A stretch of 64,000 nt of DNA from Candidatus Omnitrophota bacterium (GCA_903860135.1 CAIOPG010000016.1:2674-66673), one strand, 5' to 3'. Shown: positions 47,462-57,893, counted from the stretch's first letter. Numbers and translations are program-made. The notes: generated by a model from the sequence alone, not told the origin.

Positions 47462-48193
47462 TCACCCTTTGACAATGGTCCCCGAGAATAATTCCCTCAC
47501 CCCGCGCTGATCCTGGATATACACTTCCGGCGGGAATTCGATGCTGTTTTTAACTTGTGCCGCGATCAGATCATCCAAGAATGCCTTCTGTAATTCATTG
47601 TCGGGATCATGCAAGGGATACGTGCTCAGGTCATTGACCAGCACCATGACCGGCTCGCGGGCAAATTCAACGGTCTTGAGGATCTTTTTGACAAGGACAT
47701 AAAGAAAATTCGGCTTGTCATTGAAAAGTTCAACGGCGGTCTTAAAGAGGATCTTGCCCCATGGCTCGTCGACAAGCTTCTGAAGAATACCATAAACCGA
47801 CGAATACTTGATCAGCATTGCCTCACCGGTCTTGAGCCTCAAAGAGGAATTCACCAGAACCTGGGCCAGTTCCCGGGCATTGAACGACCCTGTTTCCTGA
47901 TGCACATCAAACGTCAGAAGATCAAACGTATGTACACCACGCATCATAACCGCCGCATCTTTCACCGAACGGTCCAGCAGATCTCTGGTCGATTCCCACA
48001 GGAAATCCTCATCCTTGCGGATGATCGTCACGGCCAGGAGTTTACACGCCTGCCCTTCGCGCACGGCCGTGAATGACTGCACCCGGCCCATGGGATTGCC
48101 CTGATAATAGATTTCTTCAAAACGCGGGAGATAATTAAAAAGGTTGGATGAAGCAAAGCCTGTATGAACCAAATTGATCCGCTGAGAACTCAT
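47462..48193 (-). CDS. hypothetical protein co-transcribed with the two-component system
   Basis: 243 aa with no recognised domain. 7-nt gap to the kinase gene. Confidence 0.45.
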   Translation of the reverse strand: MSSQRINLVHTGFASSNLFNYLPRFEEIYYQGNPMGRVQSFTAVREGQACKLLAVTIIRKDEDFLWESTRDLLDRSVKDAAVMMRGVHTFDLLTFDVHQETGSFNARELAQVLVNSSLRLKTGEAMLIKYSSVYGILQKLVDEPWGKILFKTAVELFNDKPNFLYVLVKKILKTVEFAREPVMVLVNDLSTYPLHDPDNELQKAFLDDLIAAQVKNSIEFPPEVYIQDQRGVRELFSGTIVKG

Positions 48194-48635
48194 ACCATCC
48201 CTTATCTGGCAAATCTATTCATACACCTGATTCCGGAACAACCTGACCCGGATCAATGACCGCATCCGCCGACTTTTTCTCAAGCTTCTTCTGCTTCTTT
48301 TCCTCGGCCTTTTTTTTGCGGCTTAATTCTTTCTGGTACTTCTGGTAAGAATAATTATCTCGTCCCACAGTATTCTCCTTGATGCCGGCCTAAAGATACA
48401 GATCACCGGAAACAACTATTAACGGCTTTGACGGGCCGAGATCACATTGTCTTTGGGCCGCTGGATAGAGCAGGAATGACAATATGCCTCATGATTATAA
48501 ATACTCAACACATTCTTGCAGTGCGGACGCTTGCACTTCCTGCCCTGACGGGACGTCACAGGTGGCTTGATATTAACTCCTTTTTAGACAGAATACTTGA
48601 CGAAAATAATACCTTCAACTCAATTGAAAAATTTA

Positions 48636-50258
48636 TTATAGCACTTTCAGCATGACTTGGGGAGAATTAGTCGGCGGGGTGTCGAATAATTTGATCGCAG
48701 GATTGCGGTCCGCAAAGTATTTGAACGACCAGGGCGTCTGAAAAAGAATGACCCGGCGCCGTTGGTCGTCGGTCGCGAGGGCCGCCTCACGTGGCAGGAT
48801 GTCTTTGAGCATCTCATCCTTGAAATCCGGGGCAAGCCAGCGCAAGATCTTCCAGGGCTGCATTTCAAGCCTTGAGGCCGAGCCGTATTCATCTTTAAGC
48901 CGGTACTGCAGGACTTCAAATTGCAACGGCCCAACCGCACCAAGCATCGGCGTCGCGTGGTAGGAATGGTCGACTGTAAAGGACTGGACAATATCCTCGG
49001 CCAGCAGATGGTCGATGCCCTTGCGGAATGCCTTTGAGCTCGACGCGGCCATATTATTCAAATACGCGAAACATTCCGGCGCAAAGCGCGGGATCTCCTC
49101 GAGGACAAGCCCGGGATCCGTGCTGATCGTGTCGCCGATCCTAAAATCAAGCTTGGTGACAAACCCCATCACATCCCCCGGATACGCCTCGGCCATCAAT
49201 TCGCGGCTGCGACCAAAAAGATTATAGGAATCTCCCAGGCGGATCTCGCGGCCGGTGCGGAAATGGAACACCTTCATCTCACGGTAAAACCGCCCCGAAC
49301 AAACCCTGGCAAAAACCACACGGTCCCGGTGCAACGGGTTCATGTTCGTCTGGACCTTAAAAATAAACGCAGAGAAATCAGGATGATCGAGCGGAATGAC
49401 CACATCGTTTGACCGGCGCGGCATGGGCGGCGGTGAATAGCGCAAGAACTCTTTGAGCAGATATTCCACCCCGAAATTATTAGCCGCACTGCCGAAGAAA
49501 ACCGGCGTTGTCTTGCCCTCAAGCACTGCCTGGCTGTCAAACCCACCATGCGCGCCGTCGAGCATTTCAAGTTCTTCGACGACTTCAAGGTAGGTTCCTT
49601 CCGATAACAACGCCTTGACCAAAGGATCGGCAAGCCCGTGCACCGACACCGGCGCCCGGTAAACCCCGCCCGGCACCCGTTCAAAAAGATGCACTTCCTT
49701 TTTTGTCCGATCATAAATGCCCTTGAAATCCGGACCATTGCCCAGTGGCCAGTTCACCGGAAAGGCATGCAAATGAAGTTCTTTTTCAAGCTGATCAATA
49801 AGTTCCAGCGGCGACTTGGAAGGACGATCAAGCTTGTTCATGAATGTAAAAATCGGGATACCGCGTTTGCGGCAGATCTGAAAAAGCTTGAGCGTCTGGC
49901 TCTCGATCCCCTTACCTGCGTCAATCACCATGATGACCGCATCGACGGCCATAAGGACACGGTACGTATCTTCCGAGAAATCCTTATGCCCCGGCGTATC
50001 GAGCAGGTTCAGGCGGTAATCCTCATAATCGAACTGCAACACCGTCGATGAGATCGAGATCCCGCGCTGTTTCTCAAGCTCCATCCAGTCAGACGCCGTC
50101 TCGCTCTGCTTCTTCTTCGCCGTCACCGACCCCGCCAGATCCAGTGCCCCGCCATAAAGGAGCAGTTTCTCCGTCAATGTCGTTTTCCCGGCATCCGGAT
50201 GCGAAATGATCGCAAACGTCCGGCGCCGTGCCGCTTCTGTCATGATTTCGTTGTTCAT
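48636..50258 (-). CDS. prfC: peptide chain release factor 3
   Basis: RRRTFAIISHPDAGKTTLTEKLL...DTPGH...FMNKLDR GTPase motifs collinear with RF3. Confidence 0.9.
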   Translation of the reverse strand: MNNEIMTEAARRRTFAIISHPDAGKTTLTEKLLLYGGALDLAGSVTAKKKQSETASDWMELEKQRGISISSTVLQFDYEDYRLNLLDTPGHKDFSEDTYRVLMAVDAVIMVIDAGKGIESQTLKLFQICRKRGIPIFTFMNKLDRPSKSPLELIDQLEKELHLHAFPVNWPLGNGPDFKGIYDRTKKEVHLFERVPGGVYRAPVSVHGLADPLVKALLSEGTYLEVVEELEMLDGAHGGFDSQAVLEGKTTPVFFGSAANNFGVEYLLKEFLRYSPPPMPRRSNDVVIPLDHPDFSAFIFKVQTNMNPLHRDRVVFARVCSGRFYREMKVFHFRTGREIRLGDSYNLFGRSRELMAEAYPGDVMGFVTKLDFRIGDTISTDPGLVLEEIPRFAPECFAYLNNMAASSSKAFRKGIDHLLAEDIVQSFTVDHSYHATPMLGAVGPLQFEVLQYRLKDEYGSASRLEMQPWKILRWLAPDFKDEMLKDILPREAALATDDQRRRVILFQTPWSFKYFADRNPAIKLFDTPPTNSPQVMLKVL

Positions 50259-50417
50259 ACCAAGATTGCACCCTAAAGAATAACCATTCGATCAGTTCAA
50301 ACAAATTAATTGGACGTCGGGAACAATACACCATGTTTTTAACCTTGTCAAATCTTCAGCCTTGGATAATAAAAGATCACTACCCAACCCCTTGATTCAT
50401 CCTATAATGGACAACCT

Positions 50418-52199
50418 ATGACAGCCTTGAATATCCTTCGTTCCGTATTCGGTTATGACTCTTTCAGGCCCTTGCAGGATGTTTGTATCCGGTCGGTGCT
50501 TGCCAAGAAAGACACGCTCCTCATCATGCCGACGGGCGGCGGGAAATCGTTGTGTTATCAGATCCCGGGGCTGATGTTCCACGGGCTGACGGTGGTCATT
50601 TCACCACTGATCTCTTTGATGAAAGACCAGGTCAGCCAGCTTAAGAACCTGGGTGTTGAGGCAGAGGTCTTGAACAGTTCGCTGTCCTGGGATGAATATG
50701 ATGCGAATAAAAGCCGTATCTTAAGCGGGAAAACCAAACTGCTCTTCTGCGCGCCGGAAACCTTGTTCAAGGAAGAAATCCTGGCCATGCTCGCCGCCTG
50801 CCGGGTCGATTGCATCACCATTGATGAAGCGCATTGCATTTCGGAATGGGGGCATGATTTTCGTCCGGAATACCGCCGGATCAAAGACCTGCGCGACCAA
50901 TTCCCGCAGGCGGTATTCCTCGCGGTCACAGCCACCGCCACCGAGCGCGTGCGCCGGGATATTATCGGAAACCTTGCCCTTAGAGATCCCTCGGAACTCG
51001 TGGCCAGCTTCAACCGGGATAATCTTTTCTACGAAGTCATCCCCAAGAATAACGCCACCGACCAGACGATCGATTATCTCCGGAAATTCAAAGGACAAAG
51101 CGGGATCATTTATTGTTTTTCGCGTAAACAGGTCGACAGCCTGACACTGGACATCAAAAAAGCCGGGTTCAAGGCCCTGCCCTACCACGCGGGCCTGGCC
51201 GATGATGTCCGCCATAAGAACCAGGAACTTTTTATCCGCGACGATGTCCCGATCATGGTGGCCACGATCGCCTTTGGCATGGGGATCAACAAGCCCAATG
51301 TGCGCTTTGTCATCCACTATGACCTGCCCAAAAATATTGAATCCTATTACCAGGAAACCGGGCGCGCCGGGCGTGACGGGCTTCCGGCCCAATGCCTCCT
51401 GCTATTCAGTGCCGGAGACGCGGCCAAGATCAAATATTTCATTGACCAGAAAGAAGATCCGGCACAAAAGCGCGTGGCGCAGAACCACTTAAATGCCATT
51501 ATCGCCTATGCCCAGAGCCGCCAGTGCCGCCGGATCCCGCTGTTGACCTATTTCGGCGAAAACCACACCGCCACAGATTGCGCCCTGTGCGACAACTGCG
51601 TCACACCGCAGGCCACTGCCGTTGACCTGAGCCTCCCCGCCATCCTGTTCCTGCAATGTGTTTCCGAAACCGGCGAACGCTTCGGTGCCCTGCACCTCAT
51701 CAATATCCTGCGCGGCAGTGAAGCGGAGAAAATCCTGCATTACGGGCATCAGCATAATAGATCCTTCGGGACCGGGCGCGACTGGACCATCAAGCAATGG
51801 CAGGATCTTGTGTCTCAATTGCTGACCCAATCCCTTCTGAAGAAAGACGATGACTACGGCGTCCTCAGCTTCACCGCCGGATCCCTTGAACTCCTGAGCC
51901 GCCGCCGCACCTTCAAGGGCTTCACCCCCAGGAAAGATACCGTTCCGGTCAAATCCGTCAGGGTTAAATCCAGCGAAGATTATGACACCGACCTCTTCGA
52001 GCGCCTGCGCGCCGAGCGCAAGGAAATCGCCGACCGCAACGGCGTCCCGCCCTATATCATCTTCTCGGATAAATCCCTGATCGACATGTGCCAGCGCAAG
52101 CCCAGGACAAAGGCAGAATTCGCGCATGTGTTCGGGGTGGGCGAACAGAAACTGGAAAGATTCAGCGCGGCGTTCCTGCGGGTGATCCATGGGAAATAA
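50418..52199 (+). CDS. recQ: ATP-dependent DNA helicase RecQ
   Basis: MPTGGGKSLCYQ, DEAHCISEWGHDFRPEY, Zn-binding Cys cluster (CRR...CDNC), RQC and HRDC regions. Confidence 0.9.
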   Translation: MTALNILRSVFGYDSFRPLQDVCIRSVLAKKDTLLIMPTGGGKSLCYQIPGLMFHGLTVVISPLISLMKDQVSQLKNLGVEAEVLNSSLSWDEYDANKSRILSGKTKLLFCAPETLFKEEILAMLAACRVDCITIDEAHCISEWGHDFRPEYRRIKDLRDQFPQAVFLAVTATATERVRRDIIGNLALRDPSELVASFNRDNLFYEVIPKNNATDQTIDYLRKFKGQSGIIYCFSRKQVDSLTLDIKKAGFKALPYHAGLADDVRHKNQELFIRDDVPIMVATIAFGMGINKPNVRFVIHYDLPKNIESYYQETGRAGRDGLPAQCLLLFSAGDAAKIKYFIDQKEDPAQKRVAQNHLNAIIAYAQSRQCRRIPLLTYFGENHTATDCALCDNCVTPQATAVDLSLPAILFLQCVSETGERFGALHLINILRGSEAEKILHYGHQHNRSFGTGRDWTIKQWQDLVSQLLTQSLLKKDDDYGVLSFTAGSLELLSRRRTFKGFTPRKDTVPVKSVRVKSSEDYDTDLFERLRAERKEIADRNGVPPYIIFSDKSLIDMCQRKPRTKAEFAHVFGVGEQKLERFSAAFLRVIHGK

Positions 52200-52380
52200 A
52201 ATTGACCAGGTGCGTCAGCCTCGCTGAACACACCTGGTCAATCAAAACGCTTGCGCTTACCCCTGATTATTTTTCATCCTTACTCTTCTGCAATTCCAGC
52301 ACCTTAAAAAGCAAGAAGCCGATAATAATAGCCTGAAGCAACACCGCTGTTTCAAGAAATGCGATCATATGAGCCTCTCC

Positions 52381-53427
52381 TTATTCCTTCGCCTCGTTGA
52401 ACATGCCCTTGAAAATACCGTTTAAGTCCATCAAACTGGTTGAATTCTGACCGATCGGCACCGCGAAGACCCTGAATTTGTCAGGGATGTTCTCCGCAAA
52501 CTTGAGTGCCACGACATTCTGGCCGCCGCCCAACGCTTCGGCCTGGAGCTTCTTGCCTTCGGCATCCGCTTTATAATTAGCAAGCTTACCTGCCGCCTGC
52601 TGTTCAAGCTTGTAACGCTCAGCTTCAGCCTCGATCTTGACTGACTGGGCACGACCTTCGGCATCCTGCACCGCTTTGAGCTTACTACCGCGGGCTTCGG
52701 CTTCCTGACGCTTGGATTCTTCTTCCTGGGCCAGCGCGCGATTCTTGTTGATCTCCACCTGCTGGGCCGCGAGCTTTTTCTGCTCAATGGCATGCTCAAA
52801 TTCCGTGCTGAAGGCAAAATGACGGATCAAAGCATCCTGGATCATGATCGCCGGGAATTTAGCGACGGAATTCTGCAGGCGGGTCGCGATCTCTTTCTGG
52901 ATCACATCGCGCACCTTGCCGCTGTAGATCTCTTCGGCGGTATAACTGCCGATAGCAATACGTGCTTCCGAGCGGATTTGCGGCAACAGGATCTGATCCT
53001 CGTAATTAGGCCCGATCGACTGATGCAAGACCGGCACATCCTTGCTCTTGAGCGCATACAGGATAGTCAGGTCAACGCGAATATTCTGCCCGTCATTGGT
53101 CTTTAGCTCAAGCGTGTAATTGTCACTGCCTTCGCTCTTGACCACATCGCCCGGGAAGGCCCGCGCCGCGACATGATAAACCACGATATCCGTCGAGATC
53201 TTATTATAAACATGGTACCCAACGCCCAGCGGCATATCGAGGACTTTACCCTGCACCTTGTCGACCTCAACCCCCACTTCCGTGGACTTGATATCCACGA
53301 TACCAACGAACATCCAGAATGCCACCATAACAACAACGATCCCGCCGAGAAAAAAAGTAGATTTATGATCCATGTGATAATCCCCTGGTTTTATATTGTT
53401 CCAGATATCCTTGATCCGTTCTTCCAT
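52381..53427 (-). CDS. SPFH/prohibitin-family membrane protein
   Basis: TM helix, SPFH domain and long Ala/Glu-rich coiled coil. Confidence 0.7.
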   Translation of the reverse strand: MEERIKDIWNNIKPGDYHMDHKSTFFLGGIVVVMVAFWMFVGIVDIKSTEVGVEVDKVQGKVLDMPLGVGYHVYNKISTDIVVYHVAARAFPGDVVKSEGSDNYTLELKTNDGQNIRVDLTILYALKSKDVPVLHQSIGPNYEDQILLPQIRSEARIAIGSYTAEEIYSGKVRDVIQKEIATRLQNSVAKFPAIMIQDALIRHFAFSTEFEHAIEQKKLAAQQVEINKNRALAQEEESKRQEAEARGSKLKAVQDAEGRAQSVKIEAEAERYKLEQQAAGKLANYKADAEGKKLQAEALGGGQNVVALKFAENIPDKFRVFAVPIGQNSTSLMDLNGIFKGMFNEAKE

Positions 53428-53488
53428 AACACCACCTCCTGAAGCTTGCTGGATTTTGACCAGTATAGCAGAAAATAATTTGTTCCGA

Positions 53489-53743
53489 TTATCTCTCGAT
53501 CAATTCCATATACAACCTGTCAGGCGCAATATCCGCGCCATTAGGCCAGCAGATCGTCCCCAGCTCAGCATCAACCTTCATCTGGGAAAACTTTTTCGGG
53601 TCGAGTAACCCTTTAAATACACCCCTTCCTAAATATTTTCGCAGATCTAAAACGCCCCTTTTCAAATCATCAAAAACAAATTCAACGCTATAATCTTTGA
53701 TGATCCTGGCTTCAATGACCTCTCGGGCTACGATATTTTTCAT
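53489..53743 (-). CDS. DUF2442 family protein
   Basis: Start refined to MKNIVAREV... (ATGA overlap with upstream gene). F.DG..g.vDl...Wpng.D motif family. Confidence 0.65.
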   Translation of the reverse strand: MKNIVAREVIEARIIKDYSVEFVFDDLKRGVLDLRKYLGRGVFKGLLDPKKFSQMKVDAELGTICWPNGADIAPDRLYMELIER

Positions 53744-54000
53744 AATAACGGCTCTATTGTTTTCAATTTGCCATCTTTTTGGGCGATATTCCAATCGATC
53801 ATCAATTCCTTTTCATGCATCTTCGACCACTCCTTGATCAAGCGCGTCGCCCTGGGAGGAAGTTTCCCGGCAATCAAACGACAACCATCTATACTAAAAA
53901 CCCCAAGCTGACCTTCATATTTTGCATGAAAATGAGGTGGATGATGATCCTGAAAAAACATGAGAATACTAATACCATAGAATCTTGAAATAACAGGCAT
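53740..54000 (-). CDS. DUF4160 family protein
   Basis: FYGISILMFFQDHHPPHFHAKYEG is the DUF4160 signature. Forms a common two-gene module with DUF2442. Confidence 0.7.
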   Translation of the reverse strand: MPVISRFYGISILMFFQDHHPPHFHAKYEGQLGVFSIDGCRLIAGKLPPRATRLIKEWSKMHEKELMIDWNIAQKDGKLKTIEPLL

Positions 54001-54091
54001 ATTTTTCCCTAAGAAAGAATTCAGATTTCAACCTACAATTCTTAAATATTTAGTATAACAGAAAAACACTTTTTGCCCCTATAAAAAGCAG

Positions 54092-54111
54092 TTACACTAC
54101 TTTTCCTTAAG
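54092..54111 (+). repeat. copy A of repeat family (TTACACTACTTTTCCTTAAG)
   Basis: Matches the consensus GGAACACACTACTTTTCCTTATA also found at 54239-54255 (inverted), 59285-59311 and 59803-59827. Confidence 0.6.
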
Positions 54112-54238
54112 AAAACTTTCTCCCGTCTATTGCCCCGCTGAATTACATGATGTGACTGCTCCATTGGGAGGGGATAAAATGATTAATTTAGCAGTTAATA
54201 TTCTCCATCAGGGCTACAAATTTTGATCAGTGCTGCCT

Positions 54239-54255
54239 CAAAAGTAGTGTGTCCC
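54239..54255 (-). repeat. copy B of repeat family (GGGACACACTACTTTTG, inverted relative to copy A)
   Basis: Inverted pair with copy A ~145 bp apart. Directly abuts the premature stop of the DUF1016 fragment. Confidence 0.6.
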
Positions 54256-54263
54256 TGGTTTCT

Positions 54264-54659
54264 CTAAAAAAGAGCCTCATCAATATCTTTACTCTCTGAA
54301 ATAATCGCAATGTTGTGTCCCCAAGGGACTCGGGTTAATTGGGCAACAACTTGTTGCCCAATTGCAGCCCCCTGTCCATAGAATGCATACCATTGCCGAA
54401 TGTACTTCAAATTTCTTTCCGAGAATCCTTTCATATCGGGAAATTCATTCATTAGATCTTTACTTAAACGAGATAATAATCCATCACCCCATTTAGATTT
54501 CTTTTGTTGAATACTAATATCCGCTCCGATGCTCAAATATAAATTAAGCAACTCGGTATTAACTGAAACAGCCGCTTTAATCTGAGAAGAGCGCACTCTT
54601 GTTTTAATATCAGCAAGCCAGTTTTTATACTCTTGATCAATAATCTTAGATGATTTCAT
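54264..54659 (-). pseudogene. DUF1016 (YhcG-like, PDDEXK nuclease family) N-terminal fragment
   Basis: SKWGDGLLSRLSKDLMNEFPDMKGFSERNLKYIRQWYAFY...VPWGHN matches the DUF1016 N-terminal region. Full-length proteins are ~340 aa. This ORF stops at 131 aa exactly at repeat copy B. Confidence 0.55.
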
Positions 54660-54724
54660 GTTTTATCTCCGACTTACCATAACAATTGATACGCAACAAA
54701 GAATTACCGTCCATACAAAACTAT

Positions 54725-55573
54725 TCACATCAATTTATCAATCTGAGCACACTCGCTTTGAGTAAGCTCGAAATTAAAGATTTCTTGGTCTTCATGCATA
54801 TGTGCTTCAGATGTTGTGCCGATGAGAGGGATAATATCGTTCTGGATCAAGGCGCGAAACAGGATATGGGCCGGAGAGCATTGGTAATGTGCGGCCAGAT
54901 TCTGAAAGACGCTGTGCGCTAGAAGATGGGGATTAGCCGTGATGATCCAGAACCCCTCGTAAAGAATACCCCGCTCCCGGCAAAAAGTCCTGATGGAACG
55001 ATCGTATCCAGTCTCTTGATAAAAGCGGTTTTGAACGACTGCCGGCTTGATGCGCGCCGCTTGATACAACCACTCCAGGTCTTCAAGTTCGTAACAATTG
55101 CTGATGCCTAGTTGCCGAACACTCCCGCTGTCGACACCTGCCTCCATCGCCTGCCAGACCTCCCGCATTTGCGCTTCAGTCTGCAAAGGGGAATGCAGGA
55201 GCAGACAGTCCAGCACATCGGTCCGAAGATTGCGCAGTGAGGCGATCAATGACTGGCTAACTTGTTGCGCCAGACTTGCCGATGGATCATAGGGGATATT
55301 CCCGGGATCCTGCCCCCTCACGGGAGTAAACTTACTCTGAATGTAAAGGTCACTGCGCGTGAGCCCTGTATCCAAAGCCAGCGCTATCCCTTCACCCACA
55401 CCCGGTTCGTTGTAATGTTTTGGCTGACAGGCGGTATCGATGCCGCGGAATCCCGACCTGATGGCCGTTGCGACAAGAGGCGCAGTGCGATCCTTTTTCC
55501 AGGCTGTGCCGTAAAGGATCTGGGGAATGCTAACACCACTACTGGACACCAAGCGAGTCTTTTCACCGCTCAT
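54725..55573 (-). CDS. aldo/keto reductase
   Basis: ILYGTAW, GFRGIDTAC ... and the AKR catalytic tetrad context. Confidence 0.8.
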   Translation of the reverse strand: MSGEKTRLVSSSGVSIPQILYGTAWKKDRTAPLVATAIRSGFRGIDTACQPKHYNEPGVGEGIALALDTGLTRSDLYIQSKFTPVRGQDPGNIPYDPSASLAQQVSQSLIASLRNLRTDVLDCLLLHSPLQTEAQMREVWQAMEAGVDSGSVRQLGISNCYELEDLEWLYQAARIKPAVVQNRFYQETGYDRSIRTFCRERGILYEGFWIITANPHLLAHSVFQNLAAHYQCSPAHILFRALIQNDIIPLIGTTSEAHMHEDQEIFNFELTQSECAQIDKLM

Positions 55574-55837
55574 GACTGTCTTTACCCCTCATTGTGGTGA
55601 CAAACACCATTTCTTACTACTTACCATAACAACCGACCTGCCATGTGTTCACAAACTTTTAGAACTGCGTTCTAAACCTTGCTAAAGGAATGAACGACGT
55701 TGACGCATCATTTTTGCCCTTTGCAACGTTTAACAAGCCTATCTGCAGTCCTGATATCCGTTCTACTTGATTAATAACTCCTACTTGAACACCAATAAAA
55801 TCAAGGGCGCGGTTATAAACACCCACCTGAAGCTTGC

Positions 55838-56440
55838 TCATGATGTTACTACTTTCATGGATGCTATGATTGTCAGGACGCCGTTACGAACCATCATCAC
55901 ACCTATAGCGGCCAGTAAAAGATACATAACCTTTGATAGCGCGCGTGCCCCACTCGCCCCGATCAGACGAATGAGTCTGTCTGAAAAGAAAAACACCACG
56001 CCCACAATAACTAAATTGGAAAGAACGGACACTAGCGTCACCGCCCAGCCATACTGATTCATCTGCATCAAAGCCAGCGTCAGCACGGCCGGCCCAACGA
56101 TCAATGGCGTCCCGATCGGCACAACAGCCAGATCCGATGGCTTAACCTTTCTGGTCTGCAACGACCGTCCCATCAAATCCGCCATCGATAAACAAAAAAG
56201 GATAGCACCGCCAGCGATCATAAAATCGCCAATACCAATACCTAGAAAACCAAGTAGAAATTTCCCAAGGAAGATAAAACTGATGGCCAGGATCGTAGCC
56301 GTAGCCAACGATTGAAAAATAATACTGCGCTTTTGCTCACGAGACAACCCTTGGGTTAAACCAGCAAAAACAGCCAAAATCCCAAGAGAATCAACAGCGA
56401 AGAACATGGGAATAAACGCCAAAAGAATGTCATTAAACAT
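55838..56440 (-). CDS. MarC-family (UPF0056) membrane protein
   Basis: Six hydrophobic helices. FIPMFFAVDSLGILAVF N-terminus typical of MarC. Confidence 0.75.
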   Translation of the reverse strand: MFNDILLAFIPMFFAVDSLGILAVFAGLTQGLSREQKRSIIFQSLATATILAISFIFLGKFLLGFLGIGIGDFMIAGGAILFCLSMADLMGRSLQTRKVKPSDLAVVPIGTPLIVGPAVLTLALMQMNQYGWAVTLVSVLSNLVIVGVVFFFSDRLIRLIGASGARALSKVMYLLLAAIGVMMVRNGVLTIIASMKVVTS

Positions 56441-56622
56441 GGCTTGCTACCGCCGATCTTTTAAAAATCTGAATATAATCTTTAACTGGTCATCCACTGA
56501 CCACTCCCACTTGCCATAATCCCCGGCCACCTTCAGGTTGTGAGAACTAGGGACGCTTTTGTAACCATTGCAAGATATAGACTTACGAGATGCGAAATAA
56601 TTCTGTGCCTAAATTGTGCCAA

Positions 56623-57666
56623 CTACTTTTTAACCTGCCAGGCCTTTTGATCCACACTTGAAATATGCTCCGCCATATCCTGGACCTTCACATACCACAG
56701 CTTCCCCTTCTTCTGAGCCTTGAGTTCTCCGCGATTGATCAGGTTGCGCAGGTAATCCTGGGAGTAATCATAAAGCTGGGCCAAGTCACGCAAAGGCACA
56801 ACGGCATCCTTGTTCATGCTCCTTGTTGTGCCGTTCTTCATCCGCTTAACACTTTCAGCCAACCGCTCCAGGACGATCTTTTTCAAACCCGTCAATGGAA
56901 CATCTGTAATGATCCCTTCCGCTTGCTCCAAGGATAACTTCTTCCCTTTCTCAAGCCTCCGATTGATCTCCTCAAAACAATCATCCCCCTGCTCCAGGGC
57001 ATTGTAATAAAGGTCTCGGTCCAACTTGGAGAACCCCTTGATCGCAATATTAAGATGTCCACTGCCTATGAGGATATAATTCAAAAGGATGCGCCCGGCA
57101 CGACCATTGCCATCCCTGAAAGGATGTATCGTTTCAAACCATGTATGGGTCAAAGCCGCCAGCGTTACAGGCGAATACTTTGACAGCTTCAAGTGCCTGT
57201 TGGTCCAGCGAACCATCAAATCAACAGCCTCACGCACATAAAAATGATCGATCGGTTTGAACTTAGACTGCGTCACTTCGGCTGTTGTCTTACGAAAGTC
57301 CCCGATCTCGCCAATATAAGTGCCAAGTTCCCTCTCATACCTCATGAGGATCGTGTGGATCTGCTTAACATCCGCCATGCGCAGGCAAAACTCTCCCTCA
57401 CGCCACTGGTTATACGCATACTCATAGATGGTACTCGCCGCCTCAAAATACCCAAGGATCGCCGCAGCCTTCTCTTTATTGGTCTTGCTGTTATGCTCCA
57501 GGACATCGATCAGCTCCTGCCGATTGGCAAAGACGCCCTCGATGGCAATAGAATTGCGAATCTCCTCCCGAAAGAGCGAATACCACTCCGCGTTCTGGAC
57601 GGTAACAAGCCGATCGTCATTGGACCGTAACGCCGCGATGGCCTTCTTCAAACCTTTTTCATCCAT
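56623..57666 (-). CDS. Fic family protein
   Basis: Fic motif HPFRDGNGRAGR. C-terminal winged-helix-like region. Confidence 0.85.
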   Translation of the reverse strand: MDEKGLKKAIAALRSNDDRLVTVQNAEWYSLFREEIRNSIAIEGVFANRQELIDVLEHNSKTNKEKAAAILGYFEAASTIYEYAYNQWREGEFCLRMADVKQIHTILMRYERELGTYIGEIGDFRKTTAEVTQSKFKPIDHFYVREAVDLMVRWTNRHLKLSKYSPVTLAALTHTWFETIHPFRDGNGRAGRILLNYILIGSGHLNIAIKGFSKLDRDLYYNALEQGDDCFEEINRRLEKGKKLSLEQAEGIITDVPLTGLKKIVLERLAESVKRMKNGTTRSMNKDAVVPLRDLAQLYDYSQDYLRNLINRGELKAQKKGKLWYVKVQDMAEHISSVDQKAWQVKK

Positions 57667-57681
57667 AAATACAACCCTTTA

Positions 57682-57893
57682 TTTGCGAACCACCTTATAT
57701 GGTTCGGAAATAGTATATCCTATCAGCGACGATATGCAAGGAATAATATCTCGAATCTATCGAACTTTGCGAACCAAGATCCCAGGAACAAAAACGCGCC
57801 TTTGGCGAACCAGTCAACATGGTTCGCAAATTAATAGACATCCTCCGACGAGACTGACATCTAAATACGGGAATTAATCGAACTTTACGAACC
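57682..57893. promoter_or_regulatory. repeat-dense region upstream of fic: two palindromes and two direct repeats sharing a GCGAACC half-site
   Basis: TTTGCGAACC-N9-GGTTCGGAAA (~57682-57710). TTTGGCGAACC-N9-GGTTCGCAAA (~57801-57830). CGAACTTTGCGAACC (~57761-57775). CGAACTTTACGAACC (~57879-57893). Confidence 0.4.

Noticed and set aside
55659-55841. 60-aa ORF (MSKLQVGVYNRALDFIGVQVGVINQVERISGLQIGLL...) between the aldo/keto reductase and MarC genes
   Set aside because: The repetitive Gly/Val/Gln pattern hints at a remnant of a larger repeat protein. It has no start context, overlaps the MarC 3' end by 4 nt and is too short to call. It could be a fragment and was left unannotated.
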